Source: Oscillospiraceae bacterium
GTDB lineage: Bacteria; Bacillota; Clostridia; Oscillospirales; SIG627
Length of the DNA stretch: 64,000 nucleotides
Direction of reading: 5' to 3'
Assembly (NCBI GenBank): GCA_015065265.1
Contig: SVQQ01000001.1
Coordinates: forward strand, 5,544-69,543
How positions within the stretch are numbered: the stretch's first letter is position 1; each line of letters opens with the position of its first letter. Shown one piece after another: positions 54,736-64,000 of this stretch. A program made the translations under genes and the position numbers. A model generated the notes under the pieces. It had not been told where the DNA came from. It worked only from the letters and a program-made list of their open reading frames with translations, and did no database searches.

Positions 54736-57165
54736 CTATTTTATTTTCTTAATGTTCCAGATTTTACTTGCATATTCTTCAATGCTTCTGTCGGCGGCAA
54801 AATAACCTGCCGATGCAATATTTATAAGGGACTTGCGACTCCAATTCTCACGATTTCGATACTTTTCGGTCAAATCTTTGTGAGTCAGATGATAGGACTC
54901 AAAATCCGCAAGACACATATAAGGGTCTGCCACAGGGTAAGAGTTTAAAAGATATGAAGCAATATCCGAAAAAGATTCCCCTGCAAAGCCTGTGGAAAGG
55001 GCATTTATAATCTTATTAAGCCTTGGATTTGCAGTATAGAAACTTGCCGAATTGTAGCCTTTAAGCCAAAGGTCTTCAACCTCTTTTGAATTTAAACCGA
55101 AAATGAAGATGTTGTCGTCTCCCACACAGTTTCTCATCTCTACGTTTGCTCCGTCAAGAGTACCTATGGTGAGCGCCCCGTTTATCATAAGTTTCATACA
55201 CCCCGTACCACTTGCCTCTTTTCCCGCAAGGGAAATCTGTTCACTTATTTCCGCCGAGGGAATAAGGGCTTCGGCAAGTGAGACGTTGTAGTCTTCAAGG
55301 AAAACCACGCTGAGTTTCTCTCTTATTTCAGGGTTCGGATTTGTTTCAATGTCACGTCCGATGCACCAAATTAGTTTGATAATTCTCTTTGCCATATCGT
55401 ACCCCGGCGCCGCTTTTGCACCGAAGATAAAGGTCTGACTCTGAAAGTCAAGGGAAGGGTTCTCCTTTAAGTCAAGGTATAGCCCGATAATGTTGAGAGC
55501 CGAGAGAAGTTGCCTTTTATATTCGTGCAGTCTCTTTATCTGCACGTCGAAAATTGAGTGAGTATTCAGTATTTTTCCTGTCTTTTTAAAAATGAGTTCC
55601 GAGAAGGACACCTTGTTTTGATGCTTGATGTCACGAATTTTTTGAAGCACCGACAGGTCGTCTTCAAACTTTTTAAACTCAATTAACTTTTCAGGCTCTT
55701 TTCGGTAAGAAACACCGATACACTCATCAATGAGAGATGCAAGACTGGGATTTGCCGAGCATAGCCACCTTCTGTGTGCAATTCCGTTTGTAACGTTTAA
55801 AAACCTTGCGGGATACATTTTGTAGAAGTTTTTAAAGGTGGAACTTTTCAGTATATCCGAATGAAGTTTCGACACTCCGTTTATACTGTGAGAGCCAACG
55901 ATAGATAAGTTCGCCATACGTATTTCACCGTTTGCGATAATACTCATTTTTGAAATTGTGTCCCAGTTTCCAGGGAAAACTTCCCACGCTTTTTTACAAA
56001 AACGTTCGTTTATTTCCTTGATTATTGAGTGAATTCTCGGAAGTTTTAAAGAGAACAGGTCCTCACTCCAGGTCTCCAGTGCTTCGGGCATAACCGTGTG
56101 ATTGGTGTAGGAGACAGTTTTTACCACAGTGTCCCACGCCTTGTCCCAAGAAAAAAAGTACTCGTCAATAAAAATTCTCATAAGTTCGGGAATACACAAG
56201 GCAGGGTGAGTGTCGTTTATGTGAATAGAGACCTTGTCGCTGAAATTGTCAAGGGTGTTGTATACTGCCATATGGTCACGCACAATACTCTGAACAGATG
56301 CAGAAACAAGAAAATACTGTTGTGAAAGACGTAGAAGTTTTCCCTCTGTGTGATTGTCGGAAGGGTAGAGCACCTTTGAAATTATTTCGGCGTTGTTGCT
56401 TTCTTCAAGAGCCTTTGTATATTGCCCTTGTGTGAAAAGTCCCATATTGAAGTTTTGTATATTACGTGCCTTCCATAATCTGAGACTGCTCACCGCTAAA
56501 CTGTCCGACCCCGAAATCATCATATCGTAGGGCACCGCCTCTATTTCCTCGGCGTTTTCGTAAAGTATTTCAAGATGTCCGTCCTTCCACTGTTCTGTAA
56601 CCTTCCCTCCGAACTTTACCTTGTATATTCTGTCGGTACGGGGAATGAGCCACACATCTCCCTGAGGAAGCCATACGTCAGGAAGTTCCACCTGCACTCC
56701 GTCAACTATCATCTGCCTAAAAAGACCGTATTCATATAGAATGGAAAAGGCAGAGGCAGGGTAGTCGAGAGTGGACAGAGAGTCCATAAAACAAGCGGCA
56801 AGTCTGCCAAGCCCCCCATTTCCAAGCCCTGCATCCGACTCACAGTCGTAAAGGTCGATTAGGTCCGTCCCCATATCCTTTAAAGCCTCTTTATAAACCT
56901 TTTCAAGACCTAAATTTGCAAGGTTGTTTTTAAGACTTCTGCCAAGCAAAAATTCCATGCACATATAGTAAACACGCTTTGCACCCGCATGGTTTACCTT
57001 TTTTGTGTAGTCGCTTCTCTTTGAAGTGAGAATGTTTCTCACAGTGGTGGAAACCGCCTTAAATATCTGGTCGCTTGACGCTTCCTCCGAGGACACGCCG
57101 AAATGCCTTTGCAAAACGTTTTCGATTAAGGCTTTAACCTCTTCCTTTTCGGGATTGTAATTCAT
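54736..57165 (-). CDS. glgP: glycogen/maltodextrin phosphorylase
   Basis: 809 aa with the PLP-site block GKEASGTGCMKLMINGA, plus LGNGGLGRLAACF. Confidence 0.95.
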   Translation of the reverse strand: MNYNPEKEEVKALIENVLQRHFGVSSEEASSDQIFKAVSTTVRNILTSKRSDYTKKVNHAGAKRVYYMCMEFLLGRSLKNNLANLGLEKVYKEALKDMGTDLIDLYDCESDAGLGNGGLGRLAACFMDSLSTLDYPASAFSILYEYGLFRQMIVDGVQVELPDVWLPQGDVWLIPRTDRIYKVKFGGKVTEQWKDGHLEILYENAEEIEAVPYDMMISGSDSLAVSSLRLWKARNIQNFNMGLFTQGQYTKALEESNNAEIISKVLYPSDNHTEGKLLRLSQQYFLVSASVQSIVRDHMAVYNTLDNFSDKVSIHINDTHPALCIPELMRIFIDEYFFSWDKAWDTVVKTVSYTNHTVMPEALETWSEDLFSLKLPRIHSIIKEINERFCKKAWEVFPGNWDTISKMSIIANGEIRMANLSIVGSHSINGVSKLHSDILKSSTFKNFYKMYPARFLNVTNGIAHRRWLCSANPSLASLIDECIGVSYRKEPEKLIEFKKFEDDLSVLQKIRDIKHQNKVSFSELIFKKTGKILNTHSIFDVQIKRLHEYKRQLLSALNIIGLYLDLKENPSLDFQSQTFIFGAKAAPGYDMAKRIIKLIWCIGRDIETNPNPEIREKLSVVFLEDYNVSLAEALIPSAEISEQISLAGKEASGTGCMKLMINGALTIGTLDGANVEMRNCVGDDNIFIFGLNSKEVEDLWLKGYNSASFYTANPRLNKIINALSTGFAGESFSDIASYLLNSYPVADPYMCLADFESYHLTHKDLTEKYRNRENWSRKSLINIASAGYFAADRSIEEYASKIWNIKKIK

Positions 57166-57181
57166 TTTTTATCCTCCAAAC

Positions 57182-58615
57182 TTACAGATGCTCATAAAGG
57201 GAAATATAATCTTTTGCCGATTTTTTCCAGGAAAAATCCGTCCTCATAATCTTTCTTACAAAGGTTTTTCTTAAATTTTTGTCAAGATAGAGACCAATCG
57301 CCGCCCTTGTCCTTTCAAAGAGTTCTTCTGCAGAATACCCCGCAAAAGTAAATCCGTTTCCAAAAATGGTGTTTTTTTCTTTATAATAAGGCTTTATGGA
57401 GTCGTAAAGTCCTCCTGTTTCTCTTACAACGGGTATTGCCCCATACCTTGATGCAATCATCTGGGCAAGTCCGCAAGGCTCACTATGTGAGGGCATCAGA
57501 AATATATCCGAGGCAGAATAAATCTTCTTTGAAAGTTCTCTGTCATAGGTGATAAAGGCGCGAACTCTCTTTGGAAATCTGTTTTCCAAATCCTTAAAAA
57601 AGTTTTCGTATCTTTCTTCCCCTTTTCCTAAAACGACAAACTGTGCGTCGGTGTTCTCTAAAAGAGAGACAATTCCGCCCTCTATTAAGTCGATACCCTT
57701 GTGGGAAACAAGCCTTGAAATAACGGATAATAGGGGAGTGCTCTCATTTTCATAAAGACCTGTGTCACGTTGAAAATTAACCTTGCACACACCTTTGTTC
57801 TGAATGTTCTGAGAGGAGTAATTTGCAGATATTTCCCTGTCTTTTTTAGGGTCGTAGTAGTTATAGTCTATCCCGTTGAGTATGCCCGAGAGTTTGTGAG
57901 AGTTGTTTTTCAGACTTCCGTGAAGACCGTGAGAAAAATTTGGAGTCTGTATTTCAAGAGCATAGGTGGGACTGACTGTCGTCACCCTGTTTGAGTCCTC
58001 TATTGCCCCCTTCATAAGATTTATAACACCGTCGTGTTCAACAAGATGGGCGTCCCTTTGTGACAAAGAGAAAACGTCACCCAAAATGGCAAAATCATAT
58101 TTTCCCTGATACTCTATATTGTGAATTGTAAAAACCGTTTTTATACCCTGATACTCTTTTTTTGCTTTGTATATGTGGTTAAGGTAGATTATACTCAAAG
58201 CCCCTTGCCAGTCGTGAGCGTGAAGCACGTCGGGATAAAAGGAGAGTTTTTCTATTGCTTCCATTACCGCCATTGAAAAAAAGGCAAACCTTTCACCGTC
58301 ATCATATTCACCGTAAAGGGAATATCGGTTAAAATAGTACTCGTTGTCAACGAAATAGTAGGTCACGTTTTTAAGTTTTAAACTGTATATTCCGCAGTAC
58401 AGTCTTCGCCAGGCAAGAGAGAGGTAAAAGGTCGTTTCCTCTTTCATTTTCTCCCGCCACTGACTTGAAATTGCTGAATAAAGAGGCATAATTACCCTGA
58501 CGTCAAAGTCCGAGTTTTCACAAATGGCTGAAGGCAGAGAACCCAGAACGTCACCAAGTCCACCTGTTGAAGCAAAAGGCAAAGCCTCAGAACCCACGAA
58601 AAGAATTTTTTTCAT
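57182..58615 (-). CDS. glgA: glycogen synthase
   Basis: SEALPFASTGGLGDV, HAHDWQ and PSHSEPCGLAQM. Confidence 0.95.
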   Translation of the reverse strand: MKKILFVGSEALPFASTGGLGDVLGSLPSAICENSDFDVRVIMPLYSAISSQWREKMKEETTFYLSLAWRRLYCGIYSLKLKNVTYYFVDNEYYFNRYSLYGEYDDGERFAFFSMAVMEAIEKLSFYPDVLHAHDWQGALSIIYLNHIYKAKKEYQGIKTVFTIHNIEYQGKYDFAILGDVFSLSQRDAHLVEHDGVINLMKGAIEDSNRVTTVSPTYALEIQTPNFSHGLHGSLKNNSHKLSGILNGIDYNYYDPKKDREISANYSSQNIQNKGVCKVNFQRDTGLYENESTPLLSVISRLVSHKGIDLIEGGIVSLLENTDAQFVVLGKGEERYENFFKDLENRFPKRVRAFITYDRELSKKIYSASDIFLMPSHSEPCGLAQMIASRYGAIPVVRETGGLYDSIKPYYKEKNTIFGNGFTFAGYSAEELFERTRAAIGLYLDKNLRKTFVRKIMRTDFSWKKSAKDYISLYEHL

Positions 58616-59745
58616 ACTACCGTCCCCTTTGTTATGAAGAAGGGCATTGTGTCGTGCCCCGATAATCTTCTTGAATCTTTTATAACTACGTTTTTGTCGG
58701 CTATGGTGCAGTTAATGTCGGCATCGTTCGACACAAAGGTGTCCTGTAAAAGAATACTGTTTCTCACTACCGACCCTTTTCCAACGTGGACACCTCTGAA
58801 TAAAATTGAATTCTCCACACAACCCTCAATGGTGCAACCGTCTGCAATAAGGGAGTTTTTAACCATAGCGCCTGAGGAATATTTTACAGGGGCAGAGTTG
58901 CGGAGTTTTGTATATATCCGTCTTCCGCCACTGTAAAAAAGACCCTCTCTCGCCTCTGGGGTAAGGAGTTTCATTGACACCTTGAAATAACTTTCAAGAG
59001 AAGAAATATAGTCGTACCAACCATCATAACACCAGGCGCGGAACAACTTCTTTTTAAGTTTCTTTAAGAACAGGTCGTCTGTTAAATCCCTGTATGAGTG
59101 AGACAACACGTCCGAAATAAGTTCCTCAAGGTCAAACCTTGAAATAACCATAATATTGGTGTTGACGTTTATGTCCCTTTGCCCTTTTTTGTAGTTCACA
59201 ATATCGAGAACCCTGTTGTTTTCACCGATTTTTACTACCTTCATATTTTTCTCTGTGGTCAGGAGTGAACTCTTAAGTTTCTTTGTCACAAGGGTAATGT
59301 ACGCCCCTGAATTTATATGGTCTTCTACCACTTCGTTTAAGTCGATATTTAAAATTACGTCACAGTCCGACATGACGATATAGTCAGCACCACACCTCTT
59401 TATAAAACTTGATGCACCTACAATGGCTTCAAGCCTGTTTTCATACATCTTTCCCGACACTTGATTTTCAAAGGCGGTAACGTAAGGGGAAATGATTTTA
59501 ATGCCCCCCGACCTGCGAGACAGGTCCCAGTCCTTGCCTGTACCGATATGATCGAGAAGTGAGCGGTAGTTATAGTGAGTGATTATCCCCACGTTTGTAA
59601 TTCCCGAATTTACCATATTTGAAAGAGCGAAATCAATGAGCCTGTACCTGCACCCGAAAGGAATACTTGCCATAGTGCGAAAATGTGTCATTTCGGGAAT
59701 ACACCCGTCGTGAATATTAGAAAAAATAAGTCCTGCAACCTTCAT
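58612..59745 (-). CDS. glgD: glucose-1-phosphate adenylyltransferase, GlgD subunit
   Basis: A GlgC paralogue lacking the GGxGxRL motif, placed between glgC and glgA as in Bacillus. It overlaps both neighbours by 4 nt. Confidence 0.85.
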   Translation of the reverse strand: MKVAGLIFSNIHDGCIPEMTHFRTMASIPFGCRYRLIDFALSNMVNSGITNVGIITHYNYRSLLDHIGTGKDWDLSRRSGGIKIISPYVTAFENQVSGKMYENRLEAIVGASSFIKRCGADYIVMSDCDVILNIDLNEVVEDHINSGAYITLVTKKLKSSLLTTEKNMKVVKIGENNRVLDIVNYKKGQRDINVNTNIMVISRFDLEELISDVLSHSYRDLTDDLFLKKLKKKLFRAWCYDGWYDYISSLESYFKVSMKLLTPEAREGLFYSGGRRIYTKLRNSAPVKYSSGAMVKNSLIADGCTIEGCVENSILFRGVHVGKGSVVRNSILLQDTFVSNDADINCTIADKNVVIKDSRRLSGHDTMPFFITKGTVV

Positions 59746-60908
59746 TTTCTATCCCCCCAAACCTCTTTTTCTTTAATAATTGTATTTGCACCTACCACAG
59801 TAATGTTCTCAGGGCCACCGCCCTTTCCTACCATAGCGCCCTTTCCTATTGTCACGTCGCTATCGACTATGGCATAGTCCACCAAGGCACCCTCTTTAAT
59901 TATTACGTTATCCATAATAACGCTGTTTTTCACTACGGCACCCTCTCTGATTTTTACCTCGTGACCGATAACACTGTTTTCCACAGTCCCCAGAATTTCG
60001 CAACCTGCAGTTATGGTAGAGTTTACGATTTTGGCACTGTCGCCTATAAACTGAGGGGTAGAAGAATACTGCCTTGAATAGATACGCGAAGTTTCGTTTT
60101 GTAAATCGAAGAGAGGTTTTTCCCCCAGTAAATCCATATTGGCAGACCACAGTGAATCTATTGTACCAACGTCTCGCCAATACCCCTCAAACTGATAAGC
60201 GTATAACTTTTCCCCGCCTTTAAGCATTGCGGGAATTACGTCTTTGCCAAAGTCGTTTGAACTCTCAGGGTCACGTGCGTCTGACTCAAGATACCTTTCG
60301 AGAGTTTCCCTGTCAAAGACGTAAATTCCCATAGACGCCTTTGTACTGTCGGGGTTTTTCGGTTTCTCTGTAAATTTGTATATTTTACCCTCTTCGTCGG
60401 CACTCATTATGCCAAAGCGACTTGCTTCTTCAAGGGGTACGTCTATTACCGCAATAGTGCAGTTCGCCTTTTTCTTTTTATGAAAAGAAATCATCTTTGA
60501 ATAATCCATTTTGTAGATGTGGTCACCCGACAAAATAAGTACGTATTCAGGATTATATCGGCGTATAAACTCCATATTCTGCCATATGGCGTTAGCAGTA
60601 CCCTTGTACCAGTCAGAGCCCGTCTGCCTTTGATAAGGGGGCAGAATTTTCACCCCTCCGAAAGTCCTGTCCAAATCCCAAGGCAGTCCCGTGCCTATAT
60701 AGTCGTTAAGGTAGAGAGGTTGATACTGTGTCAATACCCCCACCGTATCAAGATTTGAATTTGTGCAGTTTGAAAGGGGAAAATCAATAATTTTGTACTT
60801 TCCCCCAAAGGAAACCGAGGGCTTTGCGGTCTTTTCTGTCAATTCGTGCAAACGACTGCCCTGACCTCCTGCCAGTAGCATAACAACACACTCTTTTTTC
60901 TTGTACAT
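59742..60908 (-). CDS. glgC: glucose-1-phosphate adenylyltransferase
   Basis: [25 protein letters not shown] lies upstream of ATG 60908; the track start at 60923 is upstream of that RBS. Confidence 0.95.
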   Translation of the reverse strand: MYKKKECVVMLLAGGQGSRLHELTEKTAKPSVSFGGKYKIIDFPLSNCTNSNLDTVGVLTQYQPLYLNDYIGTGLPWDLDRTFGGVKILPPYQRQTGSDWYKGTANAIWQNMEFIRRYNPEYVLILSGDHIYKMDYSKMISFHKKKKANCTIAVIDVPLEEASRFGIMSADEEGKIYKFTEKPKNPDSTKASMGIYVFDRETLERYLESDARDPESSNDFGKDVIPAMLKGGEKLYAYQFEGYWRDVGTIDSLWSANMDLLGEKPLFDLQNETSRIYSRQYSSTPQFIGDSAKIVNSTITAGCEILGTVENSVIGHEVKIREGAVVKNSVIMDNVIIKEGALVDYAIVDSDVTIGKGAMVGKGGGPENITVVGANTIIKEKEVWGDRK

Positions 60909-60933
60909 AGCCCATTCCTCCAATTTTATTGTT

Positions 60934-62841
60934 TTATTTTTTTGTTTTTTTCTTTCTTACACACTTGAATACAAGGGCAGAAAGAGGGGGCAGGGTAATT
61001 TTGATTGCCCTTGAATAACCCCGAAGCATACAAGGCTCGGTTTTCAAAATTCCTTCATTTAGCACTCCGCCTCCGCCGAATTTTTCATCGTCACTGTTAA
61101 ATACTTCTCTGTAACTTCCCTCAGTTGAAACCGCAAGTAAAAAATCTTCTCTCTTTACGGGAGTAAAATTTATAATAACCGTAAGTTCTCTGCCCTTTTT
61201 GTCAATTCTTCTGTAGGACGCAATACTCTGCTTTGCGTTGTCCGCATCTATCCAGTCAAAGCCCTCCCAACCTCCGTCAATTTCCCAAAGACAAGGGTTT
61301 TCAAGGTAAAAGTGGTTCAGAGAGCACACGAACTCTTGAAGTTTTGAGTGCATTTCGTAATCGGTGAGAAACCACTCCACTTCCCCTGCAAAGTCCCATT
61401 CCCTGAACTGTCCGATTTCCGAGGACATAAAGAGAAGTTTTTTTCCGGGATGAGTCATCATATAGGACAAAAATGCCCTTGCGGACGCGAATTTTTCTTC
61501 ATAACTTCCAGGCATCTTGTCAAGAAACGACTTTTTTCCATGGACAACTTCATCGTGGGAAATAGGTAAAAGATAGTTTTCCGAAAAAGCATAGGACAGG
61601 GAAAAATTTATTTTGTTGTGGTGATGTGACCTGAAAAAAGGGTCCTCTGTGGCATAAGAGAGGGTATCGTTCATCCACCCCATATTCCACTTCATAGTAA
61701 AGCCAAGCCCGTCGTTTTCAAAGCCTGTAATATTTGAAAAAGCGGTTGATTCCTCTGCTATCGTCATAACGTCGGGGTGGTCCCTTTGAAGAAGGGAATT
61801 GAACTTTTTAAAAAAGGCAATGGCTTCAAGGCACCTGTTGTCACCGTACACGTTAGGCACCCACTCACCAGGTTTTTTATCGTAGTCGAGATATAGCATC
61901 GATGCCACCGCATCAACACGAAGCCCGTCAACGTGGAACTTCTCTATCCAGTAGTTAGCACTGGAAATCAGAAAACTCTGGACCTCTTCACGCCCTACGT
62001 CAAAACGCCTTGTACCCCATATTTCGTGCTCAATTCTGTCCTTGCCCTGATATTCGTAAAGGGGGCGGTTATCGAACTCGAAAAGCCCGTGCTCGTCCTT
62101 TGGAAAATGGGCAGGTACCCAGTCGAGAATAACCCCTATTCCAGCCTCGTGCATTTTATTTACAAAATACATAAAGTCCTCGGGAGAACCGAAACGGGAA
62201 GTAGGTGCAAAATATCCGCACACCTGATATCCCCAGGAGGCGTCAAAGGGGTATTCCATAATGGGCATAAGTTCTACGTGAGTGTACCCCATCTGTTTTA
62301 CATAGGTGGAAAGTTCTTCGGCAAGTTCTCGGTAGGTAAGATATGAGTTGTCATCATGACGCATAAAAGACGCCGGATGAACTTCGTAAATATTTAAAGG
62401 TGAGGACATAACGTTTTCTCTTGTGTACTTGCTTTTGCGATACTTTATATACCCACTGTCGGTCCAGTTGTAGTCTGGAAGCGTGTAAATTACCGATGCG
62501 GTTTTCGGCGGTCTTTCTGAAAAAAAGGCGTAAGGGTCGGCTTTGTACACTTCCTTTCCACTTCCCACAATGAAGAATTTGTACTTTTGAAATTCTCTTA
62601 TTTCATTACTATCGCAGACTGCTTCCCATATACCCTTTTCGGTAATTCTCTCCATCTTCAAAGAAGAAGTATCCCAGAAATTGAAGTCTCCCACCACCGA
62701 TACGCTTTCGGCGTTGGGCGCCCATACTCTGAAAAAGAATTTATCCTTTTCCCTGTGTGCACCAAGGTATTCGTAAGTTTTTGTGTTAGTCCCCTGATGA
62801 AAATAGTAACTTGCTTCTTTTTCTTTAAAAGTTCGGGTCAT
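60934..62841 (-). CDS. glgB: 1,4-alpha-glucan branching enzyme
   Basis: GH13 blocks [23 protein letters not shown] and SHDEV. Size is 635 aa. Confidence 0.95.
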   Translation of the reverse strand: MTRTFKEKEASYYFHQGTNTKTYEYLGAHREKDKFFFRVWAPNAESVSVVGDFNFWDTSSLKMERITEKGIWEAVCDSNEIREFQKYKFFIVGSGKEVYKADPYAFFSERPPKTASVIYTLPDYNWTDSGYIKYRKSKYTRENVMSSPLNIYEVHPASFMRHDDNSYLTYRELAEELSTYVKQMGYTHVELMPIMEYPFDASWGYQVCGYFAPTSRFGSPEDFMYFVNKMHEAGIGVILDWVPAHFPKDEHGLFEFDNRPLYEYQGKDRIEHEIWGTRRFDVGREEVQSFLISSANYWIEKFHVDGLRVDAVASMLYLDYDKKPGEWVPNVYGDNRCLEAIAFFKKFNSLLQRDHPDVMTIAEESTAFSNITGFENDGLGFTMKWNMGWMNDTLSYATEDPFFRSHHHNKINFSLSYAFSENYLLPISHDEVVHGKKSFLDKMPGSYEEKFASARAFLSYMMTHPGKKLLFMSSEIGQFREWDFAGEVEWFLTDYEMHSKLQEFVCSLNHFYLENPCLWEIDGGWEGFDWIDADNAKQSIASYRRIDKKGRELTVIINFTPVKREDFLLAVSTEGSYREVFNSDDEKFGGGGVLNEGILKTEPCMLRGYSRAIKITLPPLSALVFKCVRKKKTKK

Positions 62842-62931
62842 ATTAACGCTCCTTGTATCTTTTTTGTTGTCAAATATAAATATATGTTGTGCTTTTATTT
62901 ATTATTACTTTCAAAATACATTTATACTCAA

Positions 62932-62969
62932 GAAAACAAAAAAACACGTAAGCCTTTTGGCTTACGTGT
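62932..62969 (-). terminator. intrinsic terminator of the FAD-protein gene
   Basis: On the minus strand: ACACGTAAGCC-AAAA-GGCTTACGTGT followed by TTTTTTTGTTTT. Confidence 0.8.
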
Positions 62970-62993
62970 AAAATTTTAATTATTTATATTTTT

Positions 62994-64000
62994 TTACAGC
63001 CCCTCGTATCTTGATACAATGTCTCTGGCAACAAACACACCCGATGCCGACGCGTGAGAAAGTGAATGGGTCACGCCCGAGCAGTCACCGATAACGTAAA
63101 GACCCTGATGTTTTGTTTCAAGGTGAGAGTTGATTTCAACTTCCATATTGTAGAACTTAACCTCAACTCCGTAGAGGAGAGTGTCGTCGTTGGCAGTACC
63201 TGGGGCAATCTTGTCAAGGGCATAAATCATCTCGATTATTCCGTCGAGAATTCTCTTTGGCATAACAAGGCTAAGGTCACCGGGAGTCGCCATAAGAGTA
63301 GGCGTAATAAAGGCTTCTTCAATTCTCGATACAGTTGACCTCTGACCTCTTATAAGGTCTCCGAAACGCTGAACTATGACACCGCCACCCAGCATATTCG
63401 ACAGTTTTACAATACTCTCGCCATATCCGTTAGAGTCCTTGAAAGGCTCTGAAAAATGTTTGCTGACAAGGAGAGCGAAGTTTGTATTTTCAGTCTGGAG
63501 ACTTGGGTCTTCATAACTGTGTCCGTTTACAGTTACAATTCCGTTGGTGTTTTCATTTACTACCGCACCCTTGGGATTCATACAGAAGGTACGTACAAGG
63601 TCCTGAAACTTTTCGGTTCTGTAAACTATTTTACTTTCATAGAGTTTGTCTGTTATGTGTGAGAAAACTTCAGCAGGAAGTTCAACTCTTACACCGATAT
63701 CCACTCTGTTTGAACGGGTGGGAATGTCAAGGTCACGGCATACGTCTTCCATCCATTTGCTACCGCTTCTACCTGCAGAAATGATACACTCTTTTGAAGT
63801 GTACTTTTTATCCCCCAAAACTACTTCATAACCGCCTTGAGTCTTTTTCACCTTTTCCACAGGACAGTTAAAGAAGAAGGTTACCTTGTCTTTGAGTTCA
63901 TTAAAGAGATTTTCAAGGACAAGATAGTTAATATCTGTTCCAAGGTGTCTGACAGAAGCGTCAAGAAGATGAAGTCCGTTTTGAACACAGATTTTCTTAA
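62994..64000 (-). CDS. FAD-dependent oxidoreductase (COG2509-like), 5' end outside window
   Basis: The frame stays open upstream of the track's GTG at 63860 out to the window edge (...KKICVQNGLHLLDASVRHLGTDINYL...). The C-terminal block GLYVIGDCSGVTHSLSHASASG is typical of this family. Confidence 0.7.
   Translation of the reverse strand, partial: KKICVQNGLHLLDASVRHLGTDINYLVLENLFNELKDKVTFFFNCPVEKVKKTQGGYEVVLGDKKYTSKECIISAGRSGSKWMEDVCRDLDIPTRSNRVDIGVRVELPAEVFSHITDKLYESKIVYRTEKFQDLVRTFCMNPKGAVVNENTNGIVTVNGHSYEDPSLQTENTNFALLVSKHFSEPFKDSNGYGESIVKLSNMLGGGVIVQRFGDLIRGQRSTVSRIEEAFITPTLMATPGDLSLVMPKRILDGIIEMIYALDKIAPGTANDDTLLYGVEVKFYNMEVEINSHLETKHQGLYVIGDCSGVTHSLSHASASGVFVARDIVSRYEGL

Overview
This 64-kb window looks like a low-GC Firmicute, probably Clostridia. 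The markers are PolC, GlgD, DarA-HolB-RicT, YceD-RpmF, Der-PlsY and MEP-pathway genes. I support about 52 protein genes (both window edges cut a gene), one tRNA-Glu(CUC), and a set of consensus sigma-A promoters and intrinsic terminators. I found no rRNA, CRISPR array, integrase, transposase or recognisable defence gene.

Most of the window is core housekeeping in three long co-directional blocks:
- minus strand 14.9-21.9 kb: ispE, plsY, der, DUF512, rpmF, yceD and an Opp-like binding protein
- plus strand 22.9-34.0 kb: ruvCAB, rnj, darA, holB, ricT, fdx, lepA, hemW and an orphan solute-binding protein
- minus strand 41.3-62.8 kb: glgBCDAP plus a GH13 enzyme, pyrH, frr, uppS, cdsA, dxr, rseP, ispG, polC and a mutarotase

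Four regions deserve a second look:
1. 1-13.9 kb is an N-acetylhexosamine/glycan locus. It holds a distant GH89-like enzyme, a GH20-like TIM-barrel protein, NahK with a nucleotidyltransferase, an MFS transporter, a permuted GH3 and an AraC regulator. Unexpectedly, it is headed by two tandem QueG/RdhA-like Fe-S reductase paralogues.
2. 13.94-14.88 kb holds tRNA-Glu followed by four to five direct copies of its own 3' end. These delimit two families of ORF-free, hairpin-rich, attP-sized units.
3. 34.01-34.91 kb is an 898-bp ORF-free island bounded by perfect 36-bp inverted repeats. It contains three copies of a 116-bp tandem repeat and lies between two convergent genes.
4. 22.2-22.8 kb encodes an orphan 18-Cys membrane-anchored protein.

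All functional calls come from reading motifs by eye. No database search or folding program was run.
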